This document shows positions 62,214 to 64,000 of a stretch of DNA of 64,000 nt, piece by piece; the stretch's first letter is position 1; every line of letters begins with the position of its first letter. The stretch is from a virus. Lineage: Duplodnaviria > Heunggongvirae > Uroviricota > Caudoviricetes. The stretch is taken from positions 65,947-129,946 of the IMG/VR virus record IMGVR_UViG_3300034069_000533. One strand, written 5' to 3'. The translations under genes and the position numbers were made by a program. Below the pieces are notes generated by a model. It worked only from the letters and a program-made list of their open reading frames with translations, had not been told where the DNA came from and did not search any database.

Positions 62214-62764
62214 GCGGCGCAATCACATTGGCGATGTTTCTGCAACTGGCCGGGGCCAGTTGCGAGATTGCGCCGCACACTCTGGCCAGCCTGAGCTTTG
62301 CCGAGAGCGGCGGCGCAGGCCAGACGCTTGACTCACTGGCTATCAACATTAACGGGCCGGGTGGCGGCACGGTAAGGGGGATCAGGACGAAGGCGCAAGC
62401 CATGGCGAAGGCGCGCGAGTTAATCCGCGCTGGCAGGGACTTTGATGCGGGTGTTGGACAAATTAACGTCCGCAATTGGCGTTGGCTTGGCGTGACGGTT
62501 GAGACGGTATTTAACCCGGCAGATAATATTGCCGCGCAATGCCGGCTTTTGCAGTCATACAGCCGATACAATACGGGATCACCCGTCCGTGGCGTGGCTA
62601 ATGGCTATGTCGGACGGATTGTCAGAGGCGCAGCCAGCGTCAGGGAGGTTGCTCGGCAATCCGCCGCGTCAACACCCCGGCGCGACGCTAACGCATGCCC
62701 TAGCCGCTCCCGCGTGGCGGTATGGGGCACGTCGCCCCGACAGGCACGGTGCCGGTCGGGATAA
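62210..62764 (+). CDS. lytic transglycosylase (SLT domain; VirB1-like)
   Basis: SLSFAESGG ... GVGQINVRNW catalytic-region motifs. Confidence 0.55.
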   Translation: MSGAITLAMFLQLAGASCEIAPHTLASLSFAESGGAGQTLDSLAININGPGGGTVRGIRTKAQAMAKARELIRAGRDFDAGVGQINVRNWRWLGVTVETVFNPADNIAAQCRLLQSYSRYNTGSPVRGVANGYVGRIVRGAASVREVARQSAASTPRRDANACPSRSRVAVWGTSPRQARCRSG

Positions 62765-62784
62765 TTCTGCATGGAAACAAACCG

Positions 62785-63063
62785 ATGGATAATAACACTT
62801 GGCGTAAGCTTAATATTGTCTGTTTAACGCTTCTGGCTTGCTTGTTTTCCGTTACTGCCAGCGCTGATGTTATTGGCGCCATGTCGGCAGTAAGCACGGA
62901 AATGATTGGTTGGGTACAGACTGGCGCGATTATCGTTGTTATTATTTCCGCTATTGCGGTGGCAACTGGTCGCGCTTCGCTTCTTGGTTTGGCTGGTCTG
63001 ATTATTGGTCTTGCGGTTGCGGCTCAGCCGGAAACCTTCGCCAATCTGATTACTAGGTCTTAA
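62785..63063 (+). CDS. VirB2/TrbC-like pilin
   Basis: Signal peptide ending ASA, then two TM helices; size and topology of T4SS pilins. Confidence 0.45.
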   Translation: MDNNTWRKLNIVCLTLLACLFSVTASADVIGAMSAVSTEMIGWVQTGAIIVVIISAIAVATGRASLLGLAGLIIGLAVAAQPETFANLITRS

Positions 63064-63064
63064 A

Positions 63065-63412
63065 ATGTCCATTTCAGTCGAGCAAGAAATAGAAACGCAT
63101 ACCATCCAGCTTGCAGACACGCGACCGACGATGATTGGTATTCCGTTTTTGGGCGAAATACCAATTGTGCTAGGAGCGCTGGTTTTCGCAATCTTTGGCT
63201 GCGCCTATGTCTTGTTCGGCTGGAAATGGGCACTTGGCTTTCCGGCGGTGTGGTTTGGCGTGTCAAGGCTAATTGCGCTTGACTACCACGCAATTACCAA
63301 ATTTGACTTGTGGCGCAACACAAGCGCGTGGAACCTAGACACAAAGACGCACGGCGGAAATTCGGTGACGCCGTTTCCGCTGTATCCAAAGCGCCCAAAA
63401 GGTATGAGATAG
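63065..63412 (+). CDS. VirB3/TrbD-like T4SS protein
   Basis: ADTRPTMIGIPFLG resembles the VirB3 ATRPALFLGVP motif; ALDYHA resembles ERDYNA; hydrophobic core. Confidence 0.5.
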   Translation: MSISVEQEIETHTIQLADTRPTMIGIPFLGEIPIVLGALVFAIFGCAYVLFGWKWALGFPAVWFGVSRLIALDYHAITKFDLWRNTSAWNLDTKTHGGNSVTPFPLYPKRPKGMR

Positions 63413-63483
63413 CAAATTAGGTGTTGCGCACGATTAGAATTCTGCTAAGCTGTTTGTGTTGAGCAAGCAGAAGGAATAGACAA

Positions 63484-63843
63484 ATGACGCTTTCCGTTGT
63501 TATTACCCGCGAGGGTCTTTTGGTTTCCGGCGCCATGAGCAGCGCCGATGATGTTGACTTCGTTATCAAGTCGCTGCGGGCGGCGCAGGAGAGTCTTTTT
63601 CCGGTTGGGCGCATGCACTCGGTCACGCTGCGCCATGTGCCGGATGATCGGCGGATTAATACTATTAAGGAAGTCCGCGCGTTTACCGGCCTTGGACTGA
63701 AGGAAGCCAAAGATTTGGTTGACAAGGTTTCCGCTGGTAATCCGACCATTGTTGCCAGCATGTTGCCCCACAATGACGCGGTACGCGCCCGGTCTGCGCT
63801 TGAGTCACACGGTTGCGCCGCTGATATTTCCCTTGTTGCGTAG
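63484..63843 (+). CDS. protein with ribosomal bL12 (L7/L12) C-terminal-domain-like region
   Basis: [28 protein letters not shown]...[12 protein letters not shown] aligns with bL12 CTD [30 protein letters not shown]...AEALKKALEEAG; the N-terminal half is unrelated. Confidence 0.5.
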   Translation: [119 protein letters not shown]

Positions 63844-63860
63844 AGAAGGAACATGAAACA

Positions 63861-64000
63861 ATGCCGCACCTGACTGATTACTTGCCCGCCAAACTGAGGG
63901 AGGCGGTTGGTTGGTGCGGCGGGGGAGAAAGCGAGCCGTCGCGCTTCTTCCCTTATTTCGATCATGTGCGGCCCAATGTCATGCTGTTACGCGACGGCGG
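63861..64000 (+). CDS. partial ORF running off the window
   Basis: ATG at 63861 stays open to the window end. Confidence 0.2.
   Translation, partial: MPHLTDYLPAKLREAVGWCGGGESEPSRFFPYFDHVRPNVMLLRDG

Noticed and set aside
62058-63412. Holin-endolysin-spanin lysis cassette instead of T4SS
   Set aside because: VirB3-specific motifs and the pilin-like signal peptide plus two-TM topology favour T4SS. The lysis reading stays possible and is noted in the findings.

Overview
The window reads as a phage or prophage-like mobile element, roughly 55-60% GC, with several low-GC islands. It is probably embedded in, or fused to, a conjugative element, because a virB1-virB2-virB3-like operon starts at 62.2 kb.

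Layout, left to right; almost everything up to 60 kb is on the minus strand:
(i) 0.1-12.8 kb: head and packaging module. It holds terminase small and large subunits, a DUF1073-type portal, a Mu F-like head protein, a cluster of four tRNAs, a DUF2213-like scaffold/protease, the major capsid protein and connector proteins. The large terminase carries two inteins, and each intein has an HNH endonuclease ORF in an alternative reading frame.
(ii) 13.7-25.6 kb: about 30 small genes. At least 20 of them sit behind a near-identical cassette of about 60 bp: a TTGAC -35, a 17-bp spacer containing an inverted repeat (AGCGTG-N5-CACGCT), a TAT-type -10, a conserved GTCAGAGAGAAGGA leader/RBS, then ATG. The same cassette precedes three more genes elsewhere (33.3, 39.0 and 46.9 kb).
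(iii) 25.6-27.4 kb: a low-GC island with an AT-rich, iteron-like intergenic region and a GIY-YIG homing endonuclease.
(iv) 27.5-38.7 kb: an RNA-biology module. A GC-rich structured leader is followed by a calcineurin-like phosphoesterase and six tandem Y-RNA-like genes, three of which carry circularly permuted tRNA-like modules. These lie immediately upstream of a Ro60/TROVE (Rsr) gene. A tRNA-Gln, an SPFH/S49-protease pair, a Thg1-like tRNA 5'-repair polymerase and a SLOG-like protein follow.
(v) 38.7-60 kb: a NADAR-domain protein, several HNH endonucleases, a Dda-like helicase, an AEP primase-helicase, an SF2 helicase, a Cas4-like nuclease, a Sak4/DUF669 recombination pair, three tandem paralogs and RusA.
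(vi) 60.5-61.8 kb: a divergent HTH/Cro-like switch.
(vii) 62.0-64.0 kb: a small membrane protein, a lytic transglycosylase, VirB2-like and VirB3-like genes, and a protein that mimics the ribosomal bL12 C-terminal domain.

No CRISPR array, rRNA or integrase was seen. All functional calls rest on motif recognition by eye. Start coordinates of small genes are approximate.
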